From: an uncultured Acinetobacter sp.
GTDB lineage: Bacteria; Pseudomonadota; Gammaproteobacteria; Pseudomonadales; Moraxellaceae
Assembly (NCBI RefSeq): GCF_947493735.1
Contig: NZ_CANLSL010000007.1
Coordinates: 1,820-65,819 of the forward strand
Reading direction: 5' to 3'
Length of the DNA stretch: 64,000 nt
In this document: positions 1-12,794 of the stretch, one piece after another
Layout of the letters: every line of letters begins with the position of its first letter
Position numbering within the stretch: the stretch's first letter is position 1
Translations under genes and position numbers: made by a program
The notes under the pieces: generated by a model
Database searches by the model: none
Seen by the model: only the letters and a program-made list of their open reading frames with translations
Told to the model about the DNA's origin: nothing

Positions 1-2
1 AT

Positions 3-458
3 GTTGGTTGGCTTATGGGTGTTGAAGAAAAATGGTTAATTAACAAAGAATCAGAAGCTTGGCGGATGATCTATTGGTTGCAATTTTCCCATCCTGCTTC
101 TGATGAGTCGAGTGCCGCTTTGGGCGCAAGTTTGTCCAAAGAGCCGTTCTTTCGTGAATATCGCCACTTCCGCCCATTACAACAGAAGTTGGCATATCGA
201 CAACATTTGGAAATTACCCAATTTTTCATTGGTAAAAAACGTATGCAAAGCCTCGGTCTGCGTACTCGCCCTGCATCGTGGTTTGCCTATTATCTCATCA
301 TGCGCAATTTGATTTTATATACTGGCGCAAAGCGTAGTCCAAAACTCAATCAATATTTACAAAATCAAGGGCGCCGTATGCAGAAGATGGGGCTTTCACT
401 CTATCAAAGCCCTAACAATAAAAACCCAAGCAAACAACTGGCGAGCATGCATCAATAG
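3..458 (+). CDS. C-terminal fragment of an unidentified protein; the frame is open to the left window edge
   Basis: The reading frame is open from base 3 and stops at 456-458. I recognise no family motif. Confidence 0.4.
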   Translation, partial: VGWLMGVEEKWLINKESEAWRMIYWLQFSHPASDESSAALGASLSKEPFFREYRHFRPLQQKLAYRQHLEITQFFIGKKRMQSLGLRTRPASWFAYYLIMRNLILYTGAKRSPKLNQYLQNQGRRMQKMGLSLYQSPNNKNPSKQLASMHQ

Positions 459-506
459 ATGTATTGCTTGCCTAAGTTTGTAAAATCATTGTTTGTAAAA
501 TCGTTA

Positions 507-959
507 TTACACGCCCGAGTCTTTACTCCACACTAAAATTTTGGTGGTCGATTCCTGTACCACTTCATCATTTTGATTTTTGGTTTGGCTAAATAGCGTG
601 ATCACGCCTTGATTCGGTTTGGACTGTGAACGGCGTAACTCGGTAATTTCTGATTCGACATGAAGCACATCATTTGGGCGTGTCGGACGTTTCCACGACA
701 CCTCCCCACCAAAACCGACCAAACCACCTGCTACAGGAAAGCTCTCCACCCATAGACGCATAGTAATTGCCGCCGTCTGCCAACCACTTCCTGCTAAGCC
801 TCGAAATACAGGATGTGACAAAGCAGATTGTTCATCTAGATGAAACGGTTGCGGATCATATTCAGAGGCGAATTGTTTAATTTTTTCTTCAGTCAGCGCA
901 TATTCGCCACTTTGATATTTTTGACCGACTGCCAAATCTTCAAGATAAAGTTTTGTCAT
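507..959 (-). CDS. MaoC-like (R)-hydratase / hot-dog fold dehydratase
   Basis: 150 aa. The N-terminal 'EDLAVGQ...' and the 'DPQPFHLD' and 'GLAGSGWQTAA' segments are typical of MaoC dehydratase domain proteins. Confidence 0.8.
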   Translation of the reverse strand: MTKLYLEDLAVGQKYQSGEYALTEEKIKQFASEYDPQPFHLDEQSALSHPVFRGLAGSGWQTAAITMRLWVESFPVAGGLVGFGGEVSWKRPTRPNDVLHVESEITELRRSQSKPNQGVITLFSQTKNQNDEVVQESTTKILVWSKDSGV

Positions 960-1139
960 GATTTGCTCCTTTAATTGTTCTCATCATAGTAGAAAAATTC
1001 GCAGTATTCGACTTAAGTCGCTCAACTAAAATACAAATTGCTCAAAGTCTGAACAATTCGTAAATTTTCAATATTACCGTCATCAACCTGTCATTTGTGA
1101 TTGATATTTTGTGCCCTTATTTATTGGGGGTGGCGTTCC

Positions 1140-2015
1140 ATGATGAACATTCAAAGCAATTATAAACGTACAGAAGCAGGCACTCGTGAACTGACGCAAA
1201 GACAACTCAAAATCAATGCACGCACACGTACTTTATTGTTATTACTTGAAAAAGATGATATCAAACAACTGAGCATTGATGCTTCGAATAAAATTGCAAA
1301 TGCAGAAAACTTCCAAACTTTGCTCGATCTTGGTTTGATTTATGACACGACGATTCATCAACAGACAACTTTAATTGCTTCTAATGAAATCGCTGATCAT
1401 CAGGCAGAATCCATCTCGCAAACGCATTTCATAGATGATTTAGCAACTGAACCTTCAAATAATAATACTCAGCCAAAGTCTAATTTTTTATCTAAGGTAT
1501 CTCGCACGCTCTCTCAAGTGAATGAAGCCTTGCAGTCAGAAAAAGTTGAGCGAAAATTAGTTGTACAAGAAAGCACTGACAATCCACGCTTTGATACAAC
1601 ATTAAATCTTATAAAAGAAGAAACCGCTAAACAAACACTTGATGACACAAGAACAGCTAACTCTAAAGCACAATCTGCCAAAATCATTGAACCTGCTTCC
1701 CCATTCAAAGCACCGACGCCAATTCCGACAAAACCTGAACAGATCGCTGAAGAAAAACCAAGTGTAACGACGATTAGTTTCGAAGAAGTGAAAAATTTAA
1801 TGCAACAAACGCTTCAGCAGTATTGTGGATTGATGGCAAAAGCCTTGATCGTTGCGATAGGAAATGCAGAGAATACGCATCAACTGCGCCAATATCAAAG
1901 CAAATGGCTGACCTCATTATTCGAAACACGTATCGGTCGGCAACAGCTCAATGAGCTACTCAGTGTCATCAATGCCAGTTTGGAACACGTTGATCATAAT
2001 CAATTGGCAAGTTAA
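1140..2015 (+). CDS. Hypothetical protein with a low-complexity, Q/T/S/E-rich central region
   Basis: Long ORF. I moved the start from the TTG at 1101 to the in-frame ATG-ATG at 1140. No recognisable catalytic motif. Confidence 0.55.
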   Translation: MMNIQSNYKRTEAGTRELTQRQLKINARTRTLLLLLEKDDIKQLSIDASNKIANAENFQTLLDLGLIYDTTIHQQTTLIASNEIADHQAESISQTHFIDDLATEPSNNNTQPKSNFLSKVSRTLSQVNEALQSEKVERKLVVQESTDNPRFDTTLNLIKEETAKQTLDDTRTANSKAQSAKIIEPASPFKAPTPIPTKPEQIAEEKPSVTTISFEEVKNLMQQTLQQYCGLMAKALIVAIGNAENTHQLRQYQSKWLTSLFETRIGRQQLNELLSVINASLEHVDHNQLAS

Positions 2016-2069
2016 GCAATTGATTTTAACTCCCTCTTATTCTTGAATAAAAAAAGCTTAAGCCGAAGC

Positions 2070-2321
2070 TTAAACTTTTTTGCGAACCAAATTATAAATC
2101 ACTAATACGATTACAGCACCGATCACCGATACAATAAATCCAGCGGCTTCATTGGCGGAATACCAACCGAGCATCCGACCACCGTAAGTCGCCAACAATG
2201 AGCCACCAATACCGAGTAAGGTCGTGACAATAAATCCAGCTTTATCATCACCTGGATGTAGCGCACGAGCGATTAGACCCGCAATAAAGCCCACAATAAT
2301 AGCCCAAATCAGTGAAAGCAT
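2070..2321 (-). CDS. GlsB/YeaQ/YmgE family (transglycosylase-associated) small membrane protein
   Basis: 83 aa with three glycine-rich transmembrane segments ('IIVGFIAGLIARAL', 'LLGIGGSLLATYGG', 'GFIVSVIGAVIVLVIY'). Confidence 0.8.
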   Translation of the reverse strand: MLSLIWAIIVGFIAGLIARALHPGDDKAGFIVTTLLGIGGSLLATYGGRMLGWYSANEAAGFIVSVIGAVIVLVIYNLVRKKV

Positions 2322-2422
2322 AATGCCTCTCCTTTGTCTTTGTTTTAGTTATTATTTATCGACAAAATGCGAGAATATATAGTGACTTTATGCGCTTTAT
2401 GTTGTGATATTGTGCGCAGAAA

Positions 2423-2962
2423 TCACTCAATACCGAGCACGTGACCAATATACGGCAGATGGCGATATTTCTGTGCATAGTCTAAGCCGTAGCCCACAAT
2501 AAACTTATCAGGTATTTCAAAGCCCACATATTTCACAGGAATGTATATCACTCGGCGAGATGGTTTGGAAATGAGAGTACAAATCTCAATACTATGCGGC
2601 GTACGCGTTTGCAGTATTTCAACAACTTTGCTTAGGGTATAGCCTGAGTCAATAATATCTTCGACGATCAACACATCTTTACCAGCGATCTGACCATCTA
2701 AGTCCTTAAGAATTTTTACATCATGAGTTGATGAAGTGCCACTACCGTAGCTTGATGCAGTCATAAAATCGAGCTCATGTGGAATCTCAATCTGACGGCA
2801 CAAATCCGCCATAAAGATGATACTGCCACGTAATAGACCAATCAAAACCAGTTCTTTTTTATTCTGTTGATAGTCTTGATTGATTTGCGCTGCAAGTTCG
2901 TAGATGCGTTCACGAATCTCGTCTGCCGAGATCATGACTTCCATTTGAGTAACTTGTGACAT
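2423..2962 (-). CDS. hpt: Hypoxanthine phosphoribosyltransferase
   Basis: 179 aa with the PRPP-binding motif '[14 protein letters not shown]' and the '[13 protein letters not shown]' segment typical of Hpt. Confidence 0.9.
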   Translation of the reverse strand: MSQVTQMEVMISADEIRERIYELAAQINQDYQQNKKELVLIGLLRGSIIFMADLCRQIEIPHELDFMTASSYGSGTSSTHDVKILKDLDGQIAGKDVLIVEDIIDSGYTLSKVVEILQTRTPHSIEICTLISKPSRRVIYIPVKYVGFEIPDKFIVGYGLDYAQKYRHLPYIGHVLGIE

Positions 2963-3255
2963 GAAGTGTTTGCCATACAGATGTAAAGCAGTTTATTTTA
3001 ACTAAACTTCTTTGCAAAATCTAACCCTATCTTTGTAGCACGCTATATAAAAGCTGGGCACTTGTTCTAATGTCCACAGCACTTTATCGTGCATTTTGGC
3101 TTCCATTTTCTGTTTTCTAGGGGCTGTGAATGTCCGTAAACTTCACTGTACATTCAGTGTGCTTTTGTAATAGCTGATTTATGCGACGTATTTTTCGCTT
3201 AGAATGGCATCTGAGCTTATATCCAAATTACAACTCCAAAATTTTCCAAAAACCA

Positions 3256-4452
3256 ATGATGAAAAGGTTTGATATGTCTATTCTAAATACGGCGATTCTA
3301 AATATGAGAACTCTAAATACGAAGGTTTTAAAAAAATTTTCGCCGATCACGCTACTCAGTGCAACCGTACTGAGTGCAATTTTCATAAGCGCATGCCAAC
3401 CCTCAAATGAACCAAATCAAAAGACCGCAAATGATACAAAAACGAATGAGCTAAAAAATACCGTACAGGCAAAACAAGTAGATAAAGCTTGCTTAAGTTT
3501 AAGCACATCTATGCAAGCGATTAACCATGAAAGTAAAGTCGAATCCTTAGAAAAGGTCAATCAATTGCTCAAATACTGCGTAAGCCAAGTCGATAATGCA
3601 CAACAACTCAAATGGATTGATGAAACAACGTCAATGTACGACCGCTTCTTTGCACATGAGCTCACCGATTCCAAGCAAATGGCGGCATTTGATGAATATG
3701 GACTCAGTATTTTAGAAGCGAAGCAAGGTGATGCACTTGATCAGACAGTGGTTAAAGGCGATCCAAACATTTTTAAAACACTATCGCCTCGTGATCAATA
3801 TTTGATGAATCAACAAGATAAAGCTTATATTGAGCTACATTATCAAGGCGAAGGCATGTTCCAATATCGTCGTAGTCCTGCGTATCTCAAAACCATTTTC
3901 GGTGAAGCACTTCCTGAAGATCAGCGTGTCTTCGTTACCCGTATGGCGCAAGATAATGAAGCGCTGATTTTCAATGATGCCGCCATTGCGATCTCGTGGG
4001 CAGAAATGGTCGATCGTGCTTTGTTTTGGGAAAATTATCTTCAGAAGTATCCAAAAAGCCATTTTAAAGCAGATGCAAAGAAACTCTTTGAAGAATACCA
4101 ATATTTCATTTTCTTTGGATCGGACAACACGCCTGTATCTGATGAGTTTGCACCTGACACATGGATTGATGAAAACGCTTTAGGACATATCAAAGCCCTT
4201 GCCAAATGCCAAGATACTGCGCTCGCAGAGCCTGCAAAAAAATTCCTCACGTTCATCAAGACACCTGTAAATGAGCGTATGAAAAAGTATCCTGTCGAGC
4301 CAAAAGACCGAGATGGTTATGAAAAAAGTTCTTATACAATCGCTCGTGAACAACTCCGCAAAGTGTTGAATTTGTCTGATCCGTGGGACAGTAGCAGTGA
4401 TAGCTATCGTGACTGTCATGCGGATGGAATTTGTGTGATGTGGCAACAGTAA
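3256..4452 (+). CDS. Putative lipoprotein of unknown function; start uncertain (candidates 3256, 3274, 3304)
   Basis: Signal peptide plus lipobox '...LLSATVLSAIFISAC'. Long uninterrupted ORF. The upstream part of the 3181 ORF is probably not translated. Confidence 0.6.
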   Translation: MMKRFDMSILNTAILNMRTLNTKVLKKFSPITLLSATVLSAIFISACQPSNEPNQKTANDTKTNELKNTVQAKQVDKACLSLSTSMQAINHESKVESLEKVNQLLKYCVSQVDNAQQLKWIDETTSMYDRFFAHELTDSKQMAAFDEYGLSILEAKQGDALDQTVVKGDPNIFKTLSPRDQYLMNQQDKAYIELHYQGEGMFQYRRSPAYLKTIFGEALPEDQRVFVTRMAQDNEALIFNDAAIAISWAEMVDRALFWENYLQKYPKSHFKADAKKLFEEYQYFIFFGSDNTPVSDEFAPDTWIDENALGHIKALAKCQDTALAEPAKKFLTFIKTPVNERMKKYPVEPKDRDGYEKSSYTIAREQLRKVLNLSDPWDSSSDSYRDCHADGICVMWQQ

Positions 4453-4539
4453 GTCTAGTCAATATTTTGACCAATGATTGACTCCTTGGCGACAAAATAG
4501 CCAAGCAAAATTTTGAAATTCTGTTAATCTTTTAGCATT

Positions 4540-4668
4540 GCTTGACGGAGCGCGAGTAAGCACTCGCTGAGATCCGATAAAATCGTTTGCTGATTTTTTT
4601 CCATCAAACGATTTTGAGTCGGAGTACCGTTGAACCTGATCAGGTTAAGACCTGCGTAGGAATCAAGC
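4540..4668 (+). promoter_or_regulatory. TPP (THI-box) riboswitch in the thiC leader
   Basis: P1 arms are GCTTGA (4540-4545) and TCAAGC (4663-4668). The conserved 'CTGAGA' and 'ACCGTTGAACCTGATCAGGTTAAGACCTGCGTAGGAA' closely match the THI-element core seen upstream of thiC in E. coli. Confidence 0.85.
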
Positions 4669-4766
4669 CTGCTAATACACTGAAAATATACGATAAATTT
4701 CTTTATCATCATCTCATTTTCTATACCTGTTTTAGTTCTGCTTGATTCGTGATTGTTCTGCCATAG

Positions 4767-6671
<1,905 letters not shown>

Positions 6672-6734
6672 TCTTTTTAACCTTGCAAGCTAGGCTGATT
6701 AAGTTACAGAATTTAATTAGCCTGTTTGCCAACG

Positions 6735-7367
6735 ATGACAAATATTTTTTCATACCAACCACAATTTGATCACTGCGATGTTGACGTCTTGGACAGACAA
6801 CAATGTTATCGTGGCTTCGTGCATGTTGAAAAATTACAAATTCGTCATCGCCTATTTGCCAATCAAGACTTTGGGAGTGTAATTCACAGAGAGCTCGTTC
6901 GTCGCCGTGAAGCTGCAGGTGTTTTGGTACATGATCCTGCATTGAAAAAGTTTCTTTTGATTGAGCAGTTTCGAGCAGGTGCTTTAAATGCTACACAAAG
7001 TCCGTGGCAATTGGAAATTATTGCAGGGCTGATTGATGATGGCGAAGATCCCCAAACCTGTTTAAAACGTGAAGCGCTCGAAGAAGCAAACTGTCAGATT
7101 GAAAATTTAAAACAATTGTATCGCTATCACCCTTCGACAGGTGCAAGCGATGAAATCTATAATCTATATGTTGCAACAGCTGATCTCAGTCAAGCTGGCG
7201 GGGTGCACGGTCAAGTCGATGAAGGCGAAGATATTAAAGTGCATGTGTTCGACTACGCTCAGCTCGATGGATTGATGCAGAGTCCTTATTTGAGTAATGC
7301 CTCACTAATTATTGGGCTACAATGGTTTCAACATCATTTATATCAACAACAATCAAAAAACAATTGA
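6735..7367 (+). CDS. nudF: ADP-ribose pyrophosphatase (Nudix hydrolase)
   Basis: Nudix box 'GLIDDGEDPQTCLKREALEEANC'. Adjacent to cpdA, as in the E. coli nudF-cpdA arrangement. Start placed at the ATG at 6735. Confidence 0.8.
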   Translation: MTNIFSYQPQFDHCDVDVLDRQQCYRGFVHVEKLQIRHRLFANQDFGSVIHRELVRRREAAGVLVHDPALKKFLLIEQFRAGALNATQSPWQLEIIAGLIDDGEDPQTCLKREALEEANCQIENLKQLYRYHPSTGASDEIYNLYVATADLSQAGGVHGQVDEGEDIKVHVFDYAQLDGLMQSPYLSNASLIIGLQWFQHHLYQQQSKNN

Positions 7368-7380
7368 TGGGAGAACTATA

Positions 7381-8196
7381 ATGAACCACGCCATCAAATC
7401 AGAACATTTTTCAGACCAATCACCTGTTCGACTATTGCAGATTAGTGATTGTCACCTTATGGCTGAGGCCGATCGTGAGTTTGCAGGCATTGCTCCATAT
7501 CAATCTTTACAAGCTGTCTTATCGCACGCACAAAAAAACGTTGTTTTTGATTATGTGATTAATACCGGTGACATTGCACAGCAGTCATTGCCAGAAACCT
7601 ATCAGCTATATCAAGATTCTCTGAAGAAATTGGAGCGACCACACTATTGGATTCGCGGCAATCATGATGAGAGCAAACATTTCCCATCATTAAGTGACAA
7701 TGATCAACCCACAGTCATTGATCTTGGTGCGTGGTGCATGATTTTGATCAATAGTCAGGTCGATCAAAAAGTTTGGGGGCTGATTTCTGATCATGATCTC
7801 ATTCAACTTGATCGGCTACTGACACAACATCAACATCAATATGCCATTATCGCACTGCATCACAATACCTTCGATGTGGGATGCGAATGGCTTGCGCCAC
7901 ATCGCCTACAAAATAGTGAACAGCTCCTTGCTTGTTTGAATGCACACGACCATGTGCGGTTGGTCATCTCAGGACATGTTCATCAAGACTTTAGCTATCA
8001 ACACAGGCAGATGACTTTTTTATCCTGCCCTTCAACGAGTATTCAGTTTAAGCCGAAGCAAATCGAGTTTTGTTTAGATCAAGTTGCACCGGGTTATCGA
8101 TTGATCGAACTACATGCCAATGGTCATTTTGACAGTGTGGTTCATCGTGTTGAAGATGCCGTTGGTCACGTTGATTTTTCATTAAAATCATATTAA
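7381..8196 (+). CDS. cpdA: 3',5'-cyclic-nucleotide phosphodiesterase (metallophosphoesterase)
   Basis: Metallophosphoesterase motifs 'ISDCH', 'NTGDIAQ', 'RGNHD' and 'SGHVH'. Start set at the ATG at 7381 (MNHAIK). Confidence 0.8.
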   Translation: MNHAIKSEHFSDQSPVRLLQISDCHLMAEADREFAGIAPYQSLQAVLSHAQKNVVFDYVINTGDIAQQSLPETYQLYQDSLKKLERPHYWIRGNHDESKHFPSLSDNDQPTVIDLGAWCMILINSQVDQKVWGLISDHDLIQLDRLLTQHQHQYAIIALHHNTFDVGCEWLAPHRLQNSEQLLACLNAHDHVRLVISGHVHQDFSYQHRQMTFLSCPSTSIQFKPKQIEFCLDQVAPGYRLIELHANGHFDSVVHRVEDAVGHVDFSLKSY

Positions 8197-8384
8197 TTCA
8201 ATAACTTAATTATCAATATTATACTTTGGCATATTTATACACGTTTTGACACTTTCATCTTCAGTGAAAAATCTATATGATGTGCGCCCGAGTAATAAAC
8301 AGGCAAGTAGTAGACAAAAGCACTTGCTTTTTACCTCACTTTTTGCGTATAGATATACACTAGTTCGATGAGGAATGCCCCAAA

Positions 8385-8915
8385 ATGGCAAATCAAGATA
8401 AATCACAACTGGAAGATGTAAAAGACGTGGCTACAGCAGAAAAACCAGCAACCAAACGCACCCGTAAGCCCAAAGCTAAAACTGTAGACATGGGTACCAC
8501 AGCCAGCTTATTCGGTTTTGCACCGTATCAACAAAAGAAAAACGAAGAATATATGTCCGATGGACAATTAGAGCATTTTCGTAAAATCCTTGAAGCATGG
8601 AAGTCTGAACTGATGTCAGAAGTCGATCGTACTTTGACTTCAATGCAAGACGAGTCGAGCTCACTTCCTGATGTCAACGATCGTGCAACTCAAGAAGAAG
8701 AGTTTGCCATTGAGCTTCGTACCCGTGATCGTGAACGCAAATTGATTCGTAAAATTGAGCAATCACTTCAAGCGATTCAAGATGAAGACTATGGCTTTTG
8801 TGAAACCTGCGGTATTGAGATCGGTCTACGTCGCCTAGAAGCTCGTCCAACTGCAACTTTATGTATCGACTGCAAAACACTTGCAGAGATCAAAGAGAAG
8901 CAAAATAACGGTTAA
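8385..8915 (+). CDS. dksA: RNA polymerase-binding transcription factor DksA
   Basis: 176 aa with a coiled-coil region and the C4 zinc finger 'CETCGIEIGLRRLEARPTATLCIDCK'. Confidence 0.93.
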   Translation: MANQDKSQLEDVKDVATAEKPATKRTRKPKAKTVDMGTTASLFGFAPYQQKKNEEYMSDGQLEHFRKILEAWKSELMSEVDRTLTSMQDESSSLPDVNDRATQEEEFAIELRTRDRERKLIRKIEQSLQAIQDEDYGFCETCGIEIGLRRLEARPTATLCIDCKTLAEIKEKQNNG

Positions 8916-8929
8916 TACTGTGTCTGTAG

Positions 8930-8977
8930 CTCCCTCCTTGCGAAGCGATGCTTCTCATCCTTTACAAAAGGAGGGGG
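8930..8977 (+). promoter_or_regulatory. Hairpin between dksA and gluQ that pairs with the gluQ Shine-Dalgarno sequence
   Basis: CTCCCTCCTT (8930-8939) pairs with AAGGAGGGGG (8968-8977), giving 10 bp with one G-U. The right arm is the RBS for the ATG at 8986. There is an inner hairpin GAAGC-GAT-GCTTC. Confidence 0.5.
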
Positions 8978-8985
8978 GTAACAGG

Positions 8986-9849
8986 ATGGATTATGTGGGT
9001 CGGTTTGCGCCATCGCCAACTGGTCCTTTGCATTTCGGCTCGCTGATCACGGCATTGGCGAGCTACTGTGAAGCCAGGTTCCATCAAGGACAATGGCTGG
9101 TTCGTATCGAAGATACCGACATTCCCCGTATTTATCCCGATAGCGAACAGCATATCCTGCGTTGTATTGACGCTTTCGAATTTGTCCCTGACGGTGACTT
9201 TCTCTTTCAAAAAGATCGTTTTGAAATTTATCAAGATGTCTTAGTACAACTGAAAGCTCAACACGATATTTACGCCTGTCAATGTACCCGAAAGATGCTC
9301 GGTAGCAATGCGATCTATGCAGGGACATGCCGAGATTTAAACTTAGACTTTGCCAATCAAGCCATCCGTCTAAAAGTGAACGATGAACCCATCTGCTTTG
9401 ATGATCCCCTACAAAGTCGGCAATGTAGCAACTTAGCAGAAGATTTAGGTGATTTCGTGCTGAAACGTCGTGATGGCATTATCAGCTATCAACTGGCTGT
9501 GGTGGTGGATGATTATTTGCAAGGCGTGACCCATGTAGTACGAGGAGCGGATTTACTGGACAATACCGCACGTCAAATTTGGCTTGGTCGTTGTTTAGGC
9601 TATCCTGAGCTTAATTATTTACATCTACCTTTAGCGATGAACGCCGATGGTCGCAAGCTATCTAAACAAAACTTTGCACAAGCACTTGATCCAAACAATG
9701 CCTCTGAGTTGCTCTCACAGGCTGCTCAGGCTTTAAATCAATCACCGCTTGATCTTGACCGTCCATCAACCATGCTTGCGCAAGCAGTGGCACAATGGCA
9801 ACGTGAACGCATTCCACAAAGCACAATATTGTCGCAGATTTATCAATAG
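8986..9849 (+). CDS. gluQ: tRNA glutamyl-Q(34) synthetase
   Basis: 'GRFAPSPTGPLHFGSL' (HIGH-like motif) and the C-terminal 'KLSKQ' motif. It lies immediately downstream of dksA, as in E. coli. Start at the ATG at 8986, preceded by AAGGAGGGGGG. Confidence 0.9.
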   Translation: MDYVGRFAPSPTGPLHFGSLITALASYCEARFHQGQWLVRIEDTDIPRIYPDSEQHILRCIDAFEFVPDGDFLFQKDRFEIYQDVLVQLKAQHDIYACQCTRKMLGSNAIYAGTCRDLNLDFANQAIRLKVNDEPICFDDPLQSRQCSNLAEDLGDFVLKRRDGIISYQLAVVVDDYLQGVTHVVRGADLLDNTARQIWLGRCLGYPELNYLHLPLAMNADGRKLSKQNFAQALDPNNASELLSQAAQALNQSPLDLDRPSTMLAQAVAQWQRERIPQSTILSQIYQ

Positions 9850-9932
9850 TTTTTGTCTATTAAGCCTTGTTTTATCTACAGCGCATAAAAAAGCAGGGAT
9901 TAACCCTGCTTAGAACTTCTAAATTTCAACAA

Positions 9933-11138
9933 TTAAGTATCTGTCCGAAGCTCAGCTTTATTTTTCGTATCTTTGTCAATACGGAACATCACCCCGATCA
10001 TAAAGGCACACATCAACAATGACGAGCCGCCATAACTAATAAATGGCAAGGTCAATCCTTTGGTTGGGATCAAGCCCATATTCATCCCTGCATTGACGCA
10101 GATTTGTAGGAGGAAAATCACCGAAATACCGTATGCCAAATACCCACTGCGATAATGTCCATTGGCAAGCGCACGATGACCAATGCGCATACAGCTTGCA
10201 AGCATCAAGAATGACAAACAGAAAATAATGCTAATGCCAAAGAAACCAAGCTCTTCACCAGTCACCGCAAGCATAAAGTCGGTATGTGCCTCAGGCAAGT
10301 AAGCAAGCTTCTGCACGCTATGCCCAAGCCCTGTACCAAACCATTCACCTCGACCAAAGGCAATCAAACTCTGCGCTAGTTGATAACCATCACCTTGCGG
10401 ATCTTGCCACGGATCGCTAAACGACATCAAACGACGATAACGATACGGCTCAATCACGATAAACATCGCAAGCAATGCCACCACCACGCCAAACAGCACC
10501 ATAAAGGCTCTCGTCGGCGCGCCTGCCAAAAAGAACATGGTAAACATGGTCATGATGATCACTGCCGATGCTCCAAGATCGGGCTCGAACATGATCAAAC
10601 CAACGGTCGTTCCGACAGGAATACACAACCGAACAAAACTGGCAAAACTCTCACGCACCTCACCACCACGACGTACCACATAGTCTGCAGTAAACACAGT
10701 CATGGCAAATTTGGCGAATTCCGATGGCTGAAAGGTAAAGCCTGCAAAGCTCAGCCAACGTGTTGACCCATTGACATCTCGCCCCACTGCGAGCACCAAA
10801 CCTAATAGGATCAGCGTTAATATCCACAACAGCACTGGTGCTTTACCAAACCAATTTTTCAGTTGGAAATTATAGGCAGCAATTCCTGCGACAAAAGCGA
10901 GGACAATGTACAACGCATGACGATGGACATAATGAAACGGATTTTCGTGTAGCTGTTCGGCAAATGGCATCGACGCCGACGCTACCATCACCGTACCGAT
11001 ACACAGCAAACTGAGCACACAAAACAATAAGGTATTGCGTGCAGTCACTTCCGCAGGTAAAAAAGCCAGCAGGCGATTAAACCCGAGATCAATGCGATGT
11101 TGCATCCATTGCAATTTTGGATAGATAAAATCTTTCAT
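9933..11138 (-). CDS. ftsW: Peptidoglycan glycosyltransferase FtsW (SEDS family)
   Basis: 401-aa polytopic SEDS protein directly downstream of murD. Confidence 0.85.
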   Translation of the reverse strand: MKDFIYPKLQWMQHRIDLGFNRLLAFLPAEVTARNTLLFCVLSLLCIGTVMVASASMPFAEQLHENPFHYVHRHALYIVLAFVAGIAAYNFQLKNWFGKAPVLLWILTLILLGLVLAVGRDVNGSTRWLSFAGFTFQPSEFAKFAMTVFTADYVVRRGGEVRESFASFVRLCIPVGTTVGLIMFEPDLGASAVIIMTMFTMFFLAGAPTRAFMVLFGVVVALLAMFIVIEPYRYRRLMSFSDPWQDPQGDGYQLAQSLIAFGRGEWFGTGLGHSVQKLAYLPEAHTDFMLAVTGEELGFFGISIIFCLSFLMLASCMRIGHRALANGHYRSGYLAYGISVIFLLQICVNAGMNMGLIPTKGLTLPFISYGGSSLLMCAFMIGVMFRIDKDTKNKAELRTDT

Positions 11139-11186
11139 AGCGACTTTTTATTTCACTTGGTTATTTCATTGCGCTTCATTTCAATT

Positions 11187-12596
<1,410 letters not shown>

Positions 12597-12732
12597 TTAG
12601 ATACGATTTTTTCGGGGTGTTTTGTATATCATTATTTGATTTGTCTTCTAAAATTAATCTTTAGGTTTTTGTCTTATAATTTTGGTTTCTCATTTGGGCT
12701 TCAAATGTAAAAAGCTTTTTATCTGCATCATC

Positions 12733-12768
12733 CAAAAAATCTAGCCCATTTCCACAAGCTAGATTTTT
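12733..12768 (-). terminator. Intrinsic terminator downstream of acs
   Basis: Stem AAATCTAGC/GCTAGATTT followed by a T-run on the minus strand. Confidence 0.6.
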
Positions 12769-12794
12769 ATTTACAGCCAGTTCAAGTCTAACTC

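Noticed and set aside
8206-8406. 66-aa minus-strand ORF between cpdA and dksA
   Set aside because: It sits in the dksA promoter and leader, overlaps the dksA start, and has no supporting features.
10380-10766. Long antisense shadow ORFs inside ftsW, acs (14268-14792), aceF (46440-46883), guaB (61821-62246), mnmE (29868-30233), gyrB (39262-39693) and others
   Set aside because: Each lies wholly within a well-supported gene on the opposite strand, with unusual composition (Cys/His/Arg/Ser-rich). They are typical shadow ORFs.
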